A DNA stretch of 64,000 bases, from assembly GCA_026386845.1 (NCBI GenBank), contig JAPLMW010000028.1, forward strand, positions 2,729 through 66,728, written 5' to 3'. Positions 12,027 through 22,589 of this stretch are shown piece by piece. A program made the position numbers and the translations under genes. The DNA is from Phycisphaerae bacterium. Lineage in GTDB: Bacteria; Planctomycetota; Phycisphaerae; Sedimentisphaerales; UBA12454. Numbering within the stretch: the stretch's first letter is position 1; each line of letters opens with the position of its first letter. The notes beneath the pieces were generated by a model. It did no database searches, was not told the origin of the DNA, and saw nothing but the letters and a program-made list of their open reading frames with translations.

Positions 12027-12836
12027 TTAGTGTTCCTGTGATACCGAAAAACTTATAAACAGAGTCGATAAAAGCGTAAAAATATAGGCCTGCAAAAATG
12101 CTACGAAAAGTTCCATCATCGACATTGCTACCGCCATAGTTATTGATGCCGCCGCTACGAAATAATTCTCAAACACCAGTATCAATCCAAGTATCGTGGC
12201 CAGCAGGGTATGGCCTGCCACTATATTGGCAAAAAGTCGTATCGCCAACGCTATCGGTCTTATGAGTGAGCTTATGATTTCCAGGAAGTATATAAAAGGC
12301 ATTATTGACCAATGCACATGCGGCGCAAAATTGGCAAAATAGTTTCGCAATCCCTGTTTTTTTATTCCGGCCGCATGTGTTACAAAAAACGTAGTAACCG
12401 CCAGACCTCCGGTAATCCATATATTAGCTGTGGCAGGCCCGCCAAAGTGATTTTCTTTGCCGGTAATCAGATATATTATTGCTTCGGTCGGTATCATCGC
12501 CAGCAGGTTCAGCGTGAGTATCAGGAAAAACATAGTCCAGACGAAGTATATAAATGAATCAGTGCTGTGGCCGAGCAGCGGACGAGCTACCTGTTCCCGC
12601 AGGAACACGCATATAAACTCAATGAGGTTTTGAAACCCCTTAGGCAAAAGCCTTTTAGGATGCACCGCTATAGGTAAAAATATCAGCAGAATGACAGTTG
12701 CCACCGCCACCATAAACATATGGTTGCTTACGACAATGGTATATCCACCGACTGAAAAACTGAACAGCGGCGCAGACACAATCGCTCGCAGCGGATTAAA
12801 CTCACCTAAAACGAAATTGTTCAGATATAATTTCAC
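12027..12836 (-). CDS. atpB: Fo ATP synthase subunit a
   Basis: Polytopic protein with the conserved Arg motif LAIRLFANIVAGHTLL. Confidence 0.93.
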   Translation of the reverse strand: MKLYLNNFVLGEFNPLRAIVSAPLFSFSVGGYTIVVSNHMFMVAVATVILLIFLPIAVHPKRLLPKGFQNLIEFICVFLREQVARPLLGHSTDSFIYFVWTMFFLILTLNLLAMIPTEAIIYLITGKENHFGGPATANIWITGGLAVTTFFVTHAAGIKKQGLRNYFANFAPHVHWSIMPFIYFLEIISSLIRPIALAIRLFANIVAGHTLLATILGLILVFENYFVAAASITMAVAMSMMELFVAFLQAYIFTLLSTLFISFSVSQEH

Positions 12837-13117
12837 TGTTCTCGCTTGTTGTTTATCTGCTTAAATATCAAGTACAACATACCTATGAAACTCAGGAAGA
12901 AACCTGCCAGAAGGAAGTAAGGACTTGAATTGATAGCGATATCAAGCTGATAGCCTATATAACAAAAAATAGCGGTTACGACGCCGAATTCAAGGCCGAA
13001 ACTCGCCCATTGCAGATGGTTGGGTTTGTCATTGGAGTCTTGGTCAGGCATTTTAAGTTTGTCCATTCCGCAGGCTATATCCTTACCTAATTTAACAGTC
13101 CTATTGTCAAAATCCAT
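12833..13117 (-). CDS. AtpZ/AtpI-like small membrane protein (first gene of the atp operon)
   Basis: 94 aa with two predicted TM helices. It overlaps the atpB start by 4 nt, and its position matches atpI/atpZ. Confidence 0.6.
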   Translation of the reverse strand: MDFDNRTVKLGKDIACGMDKLKMPDQDSNDKPNHLQWASFGLEFGVVTAIFCYIGYQLDIAINSSPYFLLAGFFLSFIGMLYLIFKQINNKREQ

Positions 13118-13296
13118 TTTGTAATGCTATTATCGGGAATTTACAGAAAATTATAAATATATTCATATGAATTTTGAGTAGATTTTGAATGGTATGGATG
13201 AGCAAATGGGTAAATGGGTAGATGAGTATCTCATAACTCTTATTTACCCATTCCAATTTTTGGCACTTTGATTGGCGCTATAGCAGCATTTGTGAA

Positions 13297-13788
13297 TTAA
13301 TCGCTTTGACTGGTCTGGTCTTTTCTGAATTTCTTTTCGAATGGCGGCAGCAGCAGCAATATAATCAAGGACACAAAAGCCGCGACAATAGCCAGAAAAT
13401 ACATTCTCGCACCGCAGGCCATTCCGACACTTGCGACGACCCATATCCCAGCGGCTGTTGTAAGACCGTGAATACCGGCGCCGCTGTGGATTATGGCGCC
13501 TGCACCGAGAAAGCCGATACCTGTTACAATCTGAGCCGCTATCCTGCCGGGGTCGGAACCGGAAGAAAGGCTTGTTGAGATAATAGTAAAAACACACGAA
13601 CCGAGGCAGATAAGGATATTTGTGCGAAGGCCGGCTGGTTTGCCCCGCAATTCTCTCTCAAGTCCGATTATGCCGCCAAGAACGGCGGCAGCCAAAAGCG
13701 AAACGACGTCAAGCCAATTTACTTCCATGTTCATACTCCCTAAAATTCCATCTGCAATGCATTGTAATAAAAATTCCGCTGTAAACAA
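13297..13788 (-). CDS. MgtC/SapB-family membrane protein
   Basis: LLAAAVLGGIIGLERELRGKPAGLRTNILICLGSCVFTII is the MgtC-family signature. The start codon is TTG. Confidence 0.85.
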   Translation of the reverse strand: MFTAEFLLQCIADGILGSMNMEVNWLDVVSLLAAAVLGGIIGLERELRGKPAGLRTNILICLGSCVFTIISTSLSSGSDPGRIAAQIVTGIGFLGAGAIIHSGAGIHGLTTAAGIWVVASVGMACGARMYFLAIVAAFVSLIILLLLPPFEKKFRKDQTSQSD

Positions 13789-13996
13789 GTAATTATCCCT
13801 GATTTGCGGTGGAAGTTAAAATACTTGACCGGTTGGCTGATTTGTGTTTTAATATCCGGCCAGATAACCTTTTATAGAAAATGGAGCAAGGTATGAATCC
13901 CGTTAAACCTTGTTGGATTTGTATATGTGCTTTAGAATATGAAATAGCAGTAATTATTTTATACCGTTTTACGACTATGAAAGGAGGTCTAACGGG

Positions 13997-15184
13997 ATGA
14001 AAGTAAGCAAAAGGGCGAAGGCAGTGCCGCCTTCGGCAACAATGGCGGTTGATGCAAAAGCCAAAGAATTGAAAGCAAAAGGCGTTGACATAGTAGGATT
14101 CGGAGTCGGCGAGCCGGATTTCGACACACCGCAATATATTAAAGACGCGACAATTGCGGCATTAAAAGCGGGCAAGACAAAATATACCCCTACGCCGGGC
14201 ATACCGGAACTGAGAAAGATTATTGCTGAAAAACTGCTAAAGGAAAATAACCTCAAATATACTCCCGAGCAGATTATCGTAAATATCGGGGCGAAACATT
14301 CGGTATATGAATCTATGCAGGCGGTGCTCGATGAAGGCGATGAGGTAATTGTGCCTGCGCCATATTGGGTTACATACCCTGAAACTATTAAGCTGGCAGG
14401 CGGAATAATGAAGGTGGTTCAGACCGACCCGAAAAATGATTACAAGATTACACCACAGCAGTTGAAAAACGCAATTACGCCAAAGACGGCGATGTTTTTG
14501 CTGAACAGCCCGAACAATCCGGGCGGTTTTACCTATACGCCGGAAGAATTGAAAGCTATCGCAAAGGTTCTCGAAGGCACCGATATTATGGTGCTCAGCG
14601 ATGAGATATATGAAAAACTTGTTTACGGCGATACGAAATTTATAAGTTTTGCCGCGTTAAGTGACGATGCTTATAAACGGACAATTACGATAAACGGGTT
14701 CAGCAAGGCCTTCGCGATGACCGGCTGGCGGCTTGGTTATACGGCAGGGCCGGTAGAAGTGATAAAGGCGATGGATAGGTTACAGGGACATATGACGCAA
14801 AACCCCGTGAGTTTTGTGCAGTCAGGAGCTCTTGTTGCTTTTGGCGACCCGAATAATGAAGGCGAGAAGATGCGGCTTGAATTCGAGAAACGCGCAAAAT
14901 ATATGGCCGACAGACTCAATGCCATAAAAGGTGTAAAATGTCCGCAGCCGACCGGGGCGTTTTACTGCTTCCCGGATGTTTCGGCTCATTTCGGCAGAAC
15001 AATCGGCGGGGTGAAAATTAATAATAGTATGGATTTTGCGGCAGCTCTGCTGGAACAGGCCAACGTGGCACTTGTGCCGGGCGGACCGTTCGGCTGCGAC
15101 AAAAATGTCCGGTTGAGCTTCGCGACGTCTATGGAACAGATAACAAAGGGACTTGACAGGATTGAAAAATGGCTCAAGAGCTGA
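13997..15184 (+). CDS. aspartate/aromatic aminotransferase, class I PLP enzyme
   Basis: 395 aa with GFGVGEPDFDTPQYIKDA, NSPNNPGG and the SKAFAMTGWRLGY (PLP-Lys) motifs. RBS aaaggagg. Confidence 0.9.
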   Translation: MKVSKRAKAVPPSATMAVDAKAKELKAKGVDIVGFGVGEPDFDTPQYIKDATIAALKAGKTKYTPTPGIPELRKIIAEKLLKENNLKYTPEQIIVNIGAKHSVYESMQAVLDEGDEVIVPAPYWVTYPETIKLAGGIMKVVQTDPKNDYKITPQQLKNAITPKTAMFLLNSPNNPGGFTYTPEELKAIAKVLEGTDIMVLSDEIYEKLVYGDTKFISFAALSDDAYKRTITINGFSKAFAMTGWRLGYTAGPVEVIKAMDRLQGHMTQNPVSFVQSGALVAFGDPNNEGEKMRLEFEKRAKYMADRLNAIKGVKCPQPTGAFYCFPDVSAHFGRTIGGVKINNSMDFAAALLEQANVALVPGGPFGCDKNVRLSFATSMEQITKGLDRIEKWLKS

Positions 15185-17901
15185 TTGGTAAAAAACCGGC
15201 GTTAAGCGGCTGGGCGATGCTTATTTTCTGGTGGGCGATGATACTTTTCGCTTTGCAAGCCTCAACGCATATGATCGGGGCAGGCGATACATGGGTCGCA
15301 ATGGCCTGCGGAAGACATTTTATAAATCACGGCGTAAATACCGTTGAGCCTTTCAGCGCAAATTCCCACAAGCCCGGTCCGACGGCGGAAGAAGTAAAAA
15401 CCTGGCCGAAATGGGCACAGAAAATTACCGACATAGTCGGACTTGATACTGTCAAGTTCTGGCATCCGACCGGATGGGTAAACCAAAACTGGCTGACACA
15501 TGTTTTTTTCTACTGGCTGACTCATATGTCGCCAATCGCCGATGCGGAAACTTTCGATAAGCCTATCGTTGGACAAAACATCACTTATAACAGCCTGGTT
15601 TACTGGAAATACGCCCTGTATATCGTTACCGTCATAGTGGTTTATTACACCGGCAGAAATTTAGGCGTAAATCCGGCCCTTTCCGCGGCATTTGCCTGCT
15701 TTGCATTATTTGTCGGCAGGACATTTCTCGATGTCCGGCCGGCAGGGTGGTCAAATTTGCTTACGGCAGTTCTTTTGTTTATCTTTGTCCTGACCATAAA
15801 TCGCAATTACCTTTACATCTGGCTGATTGTGCCGGTAACAGCATTGTGGTGCAACCTGCATGGCGGATATGTTTACGCATTTATTGTTCTCGTCCCATTC
15901 ATTGGATTGCATTTGTTGATGCTGCTGCCGAAAAAAACCGCAATGTGTTTATATTATACCCTCGGCTGGCTGTTTTTTTATGTTATTACAGTAAAATTCC
16001 GCTCACATGAATATTTAAGAGGCATAAAATTTGATTCGACGGGATTGTTGTATTTTATTTTGATTTTGGCTGCCGGAAATATCATTCTTACGTATTTAAA
16101 GAACATAAAAGCAGGACTGCTTTATGCATATCACATTATCGGCACATTTATCATTTTTGTCGCGGCCTCATCAATGTTTTATCCTCAAGGTATAGATGTG
16201 CTGTTGAGACAGCAGCTTTCCAGAGATTATGTAAGAGACTCCAGAGACGGGTTTTTTGTGGCTTTCATCGGTTTTATGATAATAGCAGTGCTTCTGACGA
16301 CATTTAGACACAGACTTAAGATGATGAGCTGGAAAGGCTGGTGGCATACGACCGCCGCCACAGTCGTTGCATTTGCGGCTATGATTCTTGCAAACCCGTT
16401 CAGACTGACGAATCTCACGCATACGTTCGTAGTCAGCGTAAGCGAGGACGCCAAACTCTGGAAAACAGTCAACGAATGGCATCCTGCCTTTGAATGGAGC
16501 AATCCGGTAGGTGTCGAGCAGCCGTTTCTTTGTATGTATATATTGGCGTATGTTCTGATTGCCTTGTGGGTTGTCTGCCTTCTGTTAAAGCCTCGAATCA
16601 GTGTAAAACAAACCAAAACCAAAGTCAAAGCAGTTGTTGCGGAAGGCCCGGCACAATACGAATGGCCGATGATAGATTTACCTCTTTTGGTCATCGCGTG
16701 TCTCACAATCTATATGGCTATCGGCTCACGAAGATTTATACCAATAGCGGCAATAGCGGCCTGTCCGATTATGGCGATGTTTCTTGAAAGCAGTATCAAA
16801 ATGATTACCGCTCTGACTATGCGCAGAACTACCGGCAGCGCAATCATAGTCCCCGTACCCAAAATATTGCAATACTCATTTGCCGGTGCTGCTTTTATTG
16901 CTGTAACGTTCCTGACTATCTGGTGGGGCTACTGGTATAAAGTTATTTATCTTGACCCCTGGCCGGACAGCAGCTACCTGACCAGCGAGTTTATGCGAAT
17001 GACGGCTTCCTACGCCAAACCATTCAAGGCCTGCCAATTTATAAGAGACAATAATCTTAAAGGAAAAGTTTTTAATTACTGGACGGAAGGCGGCTTCATC
17101 GCTTACGGACAGATTCCCGACCCCAATACCGGAAAAACACCTCTGCAGCTTTATATGGACGGCAGGGCACAGGCCGCGTATAACACTGCAACCTATCACC
17201 GCTGGATGTTTATAATGAACGGCGGAGAACCTGCCAGACAGGTACAGAATGCCGGAAGGGGGTTTACCGCGTCGGATTATCAGGCTGTCGGGAAATGGCT
17301 CGACGAGATTTTTCAACGAGAGAATGTCAGCACCGTTTTTATGCCAATCTCGCAATCAGACACGGAATTTGTCAAGGGGCTGAATTCCAGTCCGAACTGG
17401 CGCATCGTATATATGGATGAAGAACAGCGGATATTTGTTGATGCAAGGTCCGAGCAGGGCAGAGATTTATTTATGGGTTTGTTCACAGGGCAGACAAAAT
17501 TCCCGGATGAATTTTCAAAACTGCTGACCGTCGGATATAATCTTCAGCGAATACAGGATGCGAATAAAGTTAGCAAAGGCTGTGAATATACAGCGGAGGC
17601 ATTTATGCGGCTGCCATGTCAAATTTCCGCCATCGAACTGCTTCGTACCGCAGACATCCATCCCGAGTATCGAAACGAGATAGTGAAGGTTTTGACTCAA
17701 TACCTTAATGATTTTGTCGAGAAAAAACAAGTTTATAAGAAACAGAATAACTATCGCGAAAAAATGATGGCGGCAGTGATTATCGGAAATTATCTCATTA
17801 ATATAAATAGCGGCAACCCCGACATTGTTAATAAGTATAAAGCGTATGTGGAAGAATTTAAGAAGGAACAGGGACGGTTTAACGATACTTCCCGCTGGTA
17901 G
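15169..17901 (+). CDS. large polytopic membrane protein, putative GT-C-type glycosyltransferase
   Basis: 910 aa with many TM helices in the N-terminal ~600 aa and a soluble C-terminal domain. It overlaps the aspC-like stop and is followed by a GT2 polyprenyl-phosphate glycosyltransferase. The function is inferred from architecture and context only. Confidence 0.4.
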   Translation: MAQELIGKKPALSGWAMLIFWWAMILFALQASTHMIGAGDTWVAMACGRHFINHGVNTVEPFSANSHKPGPTAEEVKTWPKWAQKITDIVGLDTVKFWHPTGWVNQNWLTHVFFYWLTHMSPIADAETFDKPIVGQNITYNSLVYWKYALYIVTVIVVYYTGRNLGVNPALSAAFACFALFVGRTFLDVRPAGWSNLLTAVLLFIFVLTINRNYLYIWLIVPVTALWCNLHGGYVYAFIVLVPFIGLHLLMLLPKKTAMCLYYTLGWLFFYVITVKFRSHEYLRGIKFDSTGLLYFILILAAGNIILTYLKNIKAGLLYAYHIIGTFIIFVAASSMFYPQGIDVLLRQQLSRDYVRDSRDGFFVAFIGFMIIAVLLTTFRHRLKMMSWKGWWHTTAATVVAFAAMILANPFRLTNLTHTFVVSVSEDAKLWKTVNEWHPAFEWSNPVGVEQPFLCMYILAYVLIALWVVCLLLKPRISVKQTKTKVKAVVAEGPAQYEWPMIDLPLLVIACLTIYMAIGSRRFIPIAAIAACPIMAMFLESSIKMITALTMRRTTGSAIIVPVPKILQYSFAGAAFIAVTFLTIWWGYWYKVIYLDPWPDSSYLTSEFMRMTASYAKPFKACQFIRDNNLKGKVFNYWTEGGFIAYGQIPDPNTGKTPLQLYMDGRAQAAYNTATYHRWMFIMNGGEPARQVQNAGRGFTASDYQAVGKWLDEIFQRENVSTVFMPISQSDTEFVKGLNSSPNWRIVYMDEEQRIFVDARSEQGRDLFMGLFTGQTKFPDEFSKLLTVGYNLQRIQDANKVSKGCEYTAEAFMRLPCQISAIELLRTADIHPEYRNEIVKVLTQYLNDFVEKKQVYKKQNNYREKMMAAVIIGNYLININSGNPDIVNKYKAYVEEFKKEQGRFNDTSRW

Positions 17902-17916
17902 TTTTAAGGGATTAAT

Positions 17917-18627
17917 ATGAACGCCCAGTGCGTTAAGTCATTGTCCGTTTTTTTCCCCTGTTTCAATGAGCAGGATAATGTTGGAAGAGCAATAAAGTCT
18001 GCCATTGATGTTCTGTCGCCTTTAAAAATAGATTTTGAAATTATTGTCGTTAATGACGGCAGCAAAGATAAAACCGGCGAAATCGCGGACGGGATTGCGG
18101 CAGAAAACAAAAATATAAAAGTTGTTCATCATAATATAAATCGCGGGTATGGTGCTGCACTTCAAAGTGGTTTTAAGGCCGCAACAAAAGAATATGTCTT
18201 TTATACGGACGGAGATGGACAATTCGATATCAAGGAACTGCCCTTATTGTTCAAATATATGGATGATTACGATATCGTAACCGGTTACAGAATCGAAAGA
18301 CAGGATAACCTGATTAGAAAAATAAACGCTTTCTGCTGGACAACGATGGTAAACCTGCTGTTTGGGATGAAAATAAAGGATATGGATTGCGCCTTTAAAC
18401 TTTACAGACATAGCGTTTTTGATAATATAAAACTGGAAAGCACCGGTGCTCTGATAAATACGGAAATATTTGCGCGGGCAAAAAACAAAGGGTATAAAAT
18501 ATTTCAAATCGGCGTCCATCATTATCCCAGAACTGCCGGTGTTCAGACCGGCGCAAAATTAAGGGTTATTTTACGAGCCTTTAAAGAGCTGTTTGCTCTC
18601 TATAAACAGATTAAGAGCGATAAGTAA
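17917..18627 (+). CDS. family-2 glycosyltransferase (polyprenyl-phosphate sugar synthase, DPM1/ArnC-like)
   Basis: SVFFPCFNEQDN..., IIVVNDGSKDKT, YTDGDGQFD (DxD) and the short 236-aa length. Confidence 0.8.
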   Translation: MNAQCVKSLSVFFPCFNEQDNVGRAIKSAIDVLSPLKIDFEIIVVNDGSKDKTGEIADGIAAENKNIKVVHHNINRGYGAALQSGFKAATKEYVFYTDGDGQFDIKELPLLFKYMDDYDIVTGYRIERQDNLIRKINAFCWTTMVNLLFGMKIKDMDCAFKLYRHSVFDNIKLESTGALINTEIFARAKNKGYKIFQIGVHHYPRTAGVQTGAKLRVILRAFKELFALYKQIKSDK

Positions 18628-18629
18628 TA

Positions 18630-19778
18630 ATGCAGTTTCAAACAAGCAACCAGTTTATAAGAAACGACCAGAAGGTTCATATTTATTCGAAAGCACTGTT
18701 AAGTAATCTGGCAAGTCTCAAAAATCTATGCAGGCCCGAAACAAAGTTCTGCGCAGTGATAAAAGCCAACGGATATGGGCACGGTATTAGAGAGATTGTC
18801 GAGATACTTAAAAAAGGACAGGTTGATTTTTTTGCTGTAGCCAATGTTTATGAGGCTGCTTTTATTGCTGATGTTGTCGGACAGGCAAAAATTCTGATAC
18901 TCGAACCGATACATACCGCATACAGCAGCGATGCTGTGCAGTTATGTGCTAAAAAAGGTTTTCATTGTGCTGTTGTTGATATTGAAGCCCTGCAATTTGT
19001 CCAGGACTGCCTGGCAAACAGTTCTGATGTATTGAATGTTCACATAAAGGTCGAAACAGGTATGGGACGCTGCGGTGTGGATGCCGAAAAAGCCGCTGAG
19101 CTGATTAAAAAAACTCGTTCTTTTCCCAATCTCAGGCTCGCGGGTGTATATACCCACTTTTCGACGGCAGCGGAAAAAGACCTCATCTTTGCCGAGCAGC
19201 AGCTTGAAAAATTCAAAAAATTCCTTTCTGGTCAATCCCTGCTTGCCTGCAAAGATATAATTATTCACGCTGCCAACAGCGCGGCAATGCTTAATATGCC
19301 GCAGGCTCATTTCGATATGGTTCGCTGCGGAATAGCGATGTTCGGCTGGGCGGAACACCGGGATATTCTCAATGTAAAACTTACTCCTGCGATGAAATTT
19401 GAAGCGCCGATAGTCCAGATAAACCACTACAAAAAAGGACAGACGGTCGGTTACGGCAGAACATTTACCGCCTGGCGAGACACAATCGGGGCGATTGTGC
19501 CGGTCGGCTATGCCGATAATTACTGGCGTTTGTATTCAAACAATGCGGTTATGAAAATCGGAGATAATTTCGCACAGGTCATCGGCAGGGTAAGTATGGA
19601 TAAAACCATAATTGATGTTACTGATATTCCTGATGTGAAGATAGGCCGGTATGTAACGATAATCGACAATGACCCCCAAAGCCTGTGCAGTGTATATAAA
19701 TTAGCTGAAATGGCAGACACAATATGCCACGAAGTGCTGACTTCGCTGCCGAGCAGGGCGTTAAGAATTATTCATTAA
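18630..19778 (+). CDS. alr: alanine racemase
   Basis: AVIKANGYGHG (PLP lysine) and the C-terminal VGYADNYWR / GRVSMD motifs. Confidence 0.9.
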   Translation: MQFQTSNQFIRNDQKVHIYSKALLSNLASLKNLCRPETKFCAVIKANGYGHGIREIVEILKKGQVDFFAVANVYEAAFIADVVGQAKILILEPIHTAYSSDAVQLCAKKGFHCAVVDIEALQFVQDCLANSSDVLNVHIKVETGMGRCGVDAEKAAELIKKTRSFPNLRLAGVYTHFSTAAEKDLIFAEQQLEKFKKFLSGQSLLACKDIIIHAANSAAMLNMPQAHFDMVRCGIAMFGWAEHRDILNVKLTPAMKFEAPIVQINHYKKGQTVGYGRTFTAWRDTIGAIVPVGYADNYWRLYSNNAVMKIGDNFAQVIGRVSMDKTIIDVTDIPDVKIGRYVTIIDNDPQSLCSVYKLAEMADTICHEVLTSLPSRALRIIH

Positions 19779-19827
19779 GAATGTAGCTCAAAATTGAACG
19801 CGAATAAAAGTCGTTTGATTTATAGAG

Positions 19828-20031
19828 TTATTTTGGCTGCGAATTATGACCTTTCCTGCCAGCGAAGATAAGAATAAAGAATGACCCGCAGGCAAGAAAA
19901 AAGTAAGCAGAGGTAAAACCGAGGCCGATACAATCTGTCCATATATGTCCCGAAATGAACCGATAGCTCAAAATCGATGTAATTAGAAAAGCTATACTGG
20001 CGATTAGATTTGCCCATAATTTTTTTTGCAT
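19828..20031 (-). CDS. small two-TM membrane protein, unknown function
   Basis: 67-aa hydrophobic ORF in an otherwise empty gap. There is no recognisable motif. Confidence 0.4.
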   Translation of the reverse strand: MQKKLWANLIASIAFLITSILSYRFISGHIWTDCIGLGFTSAYFFLACGSFFILIFAGRKGHNSQPK

Positions 20032-20067
20032 ATCATCCTCACGAGATAAACAATTCTGACATTTTCA

Positions 20068-20514
20068 TTACATTAGAGTTTTCAATCTTTTTATTGCAAT
20101 CATCGCGACATCATTGTGGTCAAATGCCAGTGGGGGCAGATTATTTATATCAAACCATTTTGCCTCCGCGGCGTCATCACCGCCTTTAATTTTACTGTCT
20201 TTTGTAATTCCGATAAACATTACAGATATATTTCTGCCGCGGGGGTCTCTGCCGCATTTGCCGAAAGCCCGTAGTTGTGTCAGTTTAACACCTGTCAGTC
20301 CGGTTTCCTCGGCAAGTTCTCTTGCCGCCGCATCTTCAAGTTCCTCGTCCATATCCACAAAACCGCCGGGGAAAGCCCACTTGCCCTTAAAAGGTTCGTT
20401 GCCGCGTTTTATCAAAAGCAGCCTGGGACTATCGCCGCTTATATTAAAAACTATGGCGTCAACCGTAACCATCGGCCTTGGCCAGTCGTAAGCGTATTTC
20501 TTCTTTTCAGCCAT
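20068..20514 (-). CDS. NUDIX hydrolase
   Basis: Nudix box GGFVDMDEELEDAAARELAEETGL (GX5EX7REUXEEXGU). Confidence 0.9.
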   Translation of the reverse strand: MAEKKKYAYDWPRPMVTVDAIVFNISGDSPRLLLIKRGNEPFKGKWAFPGGFVDMDEELEDAAARELAEETGLTGVKLTQLRAFGKCGRDPRGRNISVMFIGITKDSKIKGGDDAAEAKWFDINNLPPLAFDHNDVAMIAIKRLKTLM

Positions 20515-20596
20515 ACCGGAATCTTAACAAATTACACGAGAAAATAAAGATAAAAGACGTTTGATAATAAACTGTATTCGATTAAAATACTGTCCT

Positions 20597-21436
20597 ATGA
20601 GCCCATTTATGCCACAAATAATCGTAGAATTGAAACTGCCCGGCGGCTGGAAGGGAGCCATCCTCGAAAAATGGTCTGTTCTGCTGCTTGAGCCTGAAAA
20701 ACTAACTGAAAAACCGGAGCTTATTTTCAAATTGGAAAAAGGCAATATCACAGCCTTAAAAAAAATCGATTATGACGACAAAAAAATCACTTTTGTTGTC
20801 AAAAAGACTGTTAAGCCTCGCGGTTTAAAAGCCCTTGCGGATATCCTCAGGGCTCCAAAATCGCTGAGAAATTTCTATCTTGCGATACTGCTGAAGCAGA
20901 AGGGTATTGAAGTTGCCGAGCCTGTGGCGGCTTTATGGAACAAAAAAGAAGGAAGCATTTATATAACAGAATATATACAAAACAGTTTAAGTCTTTATGA
21001 AGTTGTGTCCGGCAAAGATAAGGAAATTATTACGAACTTTTCCGCCAGAAAAACTGTTATCAGGCAGGTTGCTGAAATTATCGCAAAACTGCACAAATCG
21101 AATTTCTGGCACAGAGACCCAAAGGCGGGAAATTTTATCATATATAAAGATGGTGGTATTTATAGAGTCAAACTTATTGACCTTGACGGGATAAAACAGG
21201 ATTCCGCTAATAAACCGGAAAATCATATCAGGACCCTTGCAAAACTTGCCGAGACGCTGACCCGCTACAAGGCCGTTAATTTTACCGACCTGTATCGAGG
21301 ATTTTTGATTTACTGCAACGCGATGGGGAAAAGTCGCGATGAGGCCAAAGAGCTTTTCCGCAGGGTTGAGCGTGCAACTGTTGCCGCAAGATTACTGACG
21401 ACAGCCTCGGATTCGTATTCACCCCCACATCAATAG
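20597..21436 (+). CDS. lipopolysaccharide kinase (Kdo/WaaP/InaA) family protein
   Basis: FWHRDPKAGNFII...VKLIDLDG is a catalytic loop plus DxD of the LPS-kinase family. I prefer the ATG at 20597 (MSPFMPQ...) over the TTG at 20561 used in the ORF track. Confidence 0.7.
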   Translation: MSPFMPQIIVELKLPGGWKGAILEKWSVLLLEPEKLTEKPELIFKLEKGNITALKKIDYDDKKITFVVKKTVKPRGLKALADILRAPKSLRNFYLAILLKQKGIEVAEPVAALWNKKEGSIYITEYIQNSLSLYEVVSGKDKEIITNFSARKTVIRQVAEIIAKLHKSNFWHRDPKAGNFIIYKDGGIYRVKLIDLDGIKQDSANKPENHIRTLAKLAETLTRYKAVNFTDLYRGFLIYCNAMGKSRDEAKELFRRVERATVAARLLTTASDSYSPPHQ

Positions 21437-21521
21437 CTGGTAAAAGGGTCAATGTAATATATTGCGAGAAAAAATGAAAATAAAATTTGTACTAAAAAAT
21501 TGCATATTGGTGTGGGGGTAA

Positions 21522-22559
21522 ATGACCGGACAGTTTAAGAAAATCCTTATAATAAAACCGAGCGCTCTGGGTGATATTATTCAGGCATTGCCCGCGGCCT
21601 GCTGTCTTGCCAAGAGCTTCCCTGATGCACAGATAGATTGGTTCATCAGGCCTGAATATGCTGCTCTAATTGAAAACCATCCCTGCATTCATAGTATAGT
21701 CATTTTCGACCGCAGGAAATTAGGCAAATGGTGGTTCAAGCCGGATTCTTTCACGGAGCTTGTAAAACTTGTCAGACACCTGAGAAAAGAAAAATACGAT
21801 ATTGTTTTTGATTTTCAGGGCAGGTTCAGAAGCGCGATTTTCGCCTGGTTCAGTGGCTGCAAACAAAGAATCGGTATGGCCCAAACTCAGGAAATCACCG
21901 GCATTTTCTATACACAAAAAATTAAACAATCGGCATCCTCTGTTCACCTTGTTGATTATTTTCTCGATATGGTTTGCACAGCAGGCGCAAAGCGAAGCAA
22001 AGCGGAATTCGGTTTGAAACCCGATAAACAAAACACCGATGAAATACGAAATATTTTAAAGTCAAACAACGCCAATCCTAATAACTACGCTGTTTTTACC
22101 CCTGCTGCGACGGTTGAAGCCAAACGCTGGCCGATAGAAAACTTTGCCGCCCTTGCCGAAAAAGTCCGTAAAAAATATCAATGCAGTATTGTTGGCATCG
22201 GCGTTGAGTCTGAAAAAATGATAGTGCGGGAGCTTGAAACTCTGGCTGATGTGCCGGTAATAAACCTCGCAGGCAAAACAAATATACAGCAGCTTATCGC
22301 GGCACTTGCCGGAGCAAGAGTTGTTGTCAGTAACGATACTGGCCCTGCGCATATAGCCGCTGCTTTAGGAGTGCCAATGGTGCTTATCTTTGGTTTAACC
22401 AATCCTTCAAGAGTAGGACCATATCGCAGACCGCAAACCATCGCGGCAATAGATGCCGACAGAAGGGAAAAGGAAATTGAAAGCACAAATCCTGTGCATA
22501 ATATAAAGAACGTAACTGTTGAAAGCGTCTTTGAAGTAATCATCAGGCAACTAAATTAA
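21522..22559 (+). CDS. glycosyltransferase family 9 (LPS heptosyltransferase-like)
   Basis: KILIIKPSALGDIIQALPA at the N-terminus and the SNDTGPAHIAAALGVPMV motif. Confidence 0.85.
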   Translation: MTGQFKKILIIKPSALGDIIQALPAACCLAKSFPDAQIDWFIRPEYAALIENHPCIHSIVIFDRRKLGKWWFKPDSFTELVKLVRHLRKEKYDIVFDFQGRFRSAIFAWFSGCKQRIGMAQTQEITGIFYTQKIKQSASSVHLVDYFLDMVCTAGAKRSKAEFGLKPDKQNTDEIRNILKSNNANPNNYAVFTPAATVEAKRWPIENFAALAEKVRKKYQCSIVGIGVESEKMIVRELETLADVPVINLAGKTNIQQLIAALAGARVVVSNDTGPAHIAAALGVPMVLIFGLTNPSRVGPYRRPQTIAAIDADRREKEIESTNPVHNIKNVTVESVFEVIIRQLN

Positions 22560-22589
22560 AAATGAAAATGACACGAATTAACATTGTTT

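Noticed and set aside
11326-12030. 234-aa ORF antisense to atpF/atpE, and similar antisense ORFs in carB, atpD, atpA, gnd (48993-49667), purH, polA and ileS
   Set aside because: They lie entirely within well-supported conserved genes on the opposite strand, and their translations show no motifs.
13789-13996. Mg2+ riboswitch (M-box) upstream of the MgtC-family gene
   Set aside because: The divergent intergenic region is only ~200 nt, and I cannot recognise M-box conserved helices by eye. An Infernal scan would be needed, so it is not claimed.
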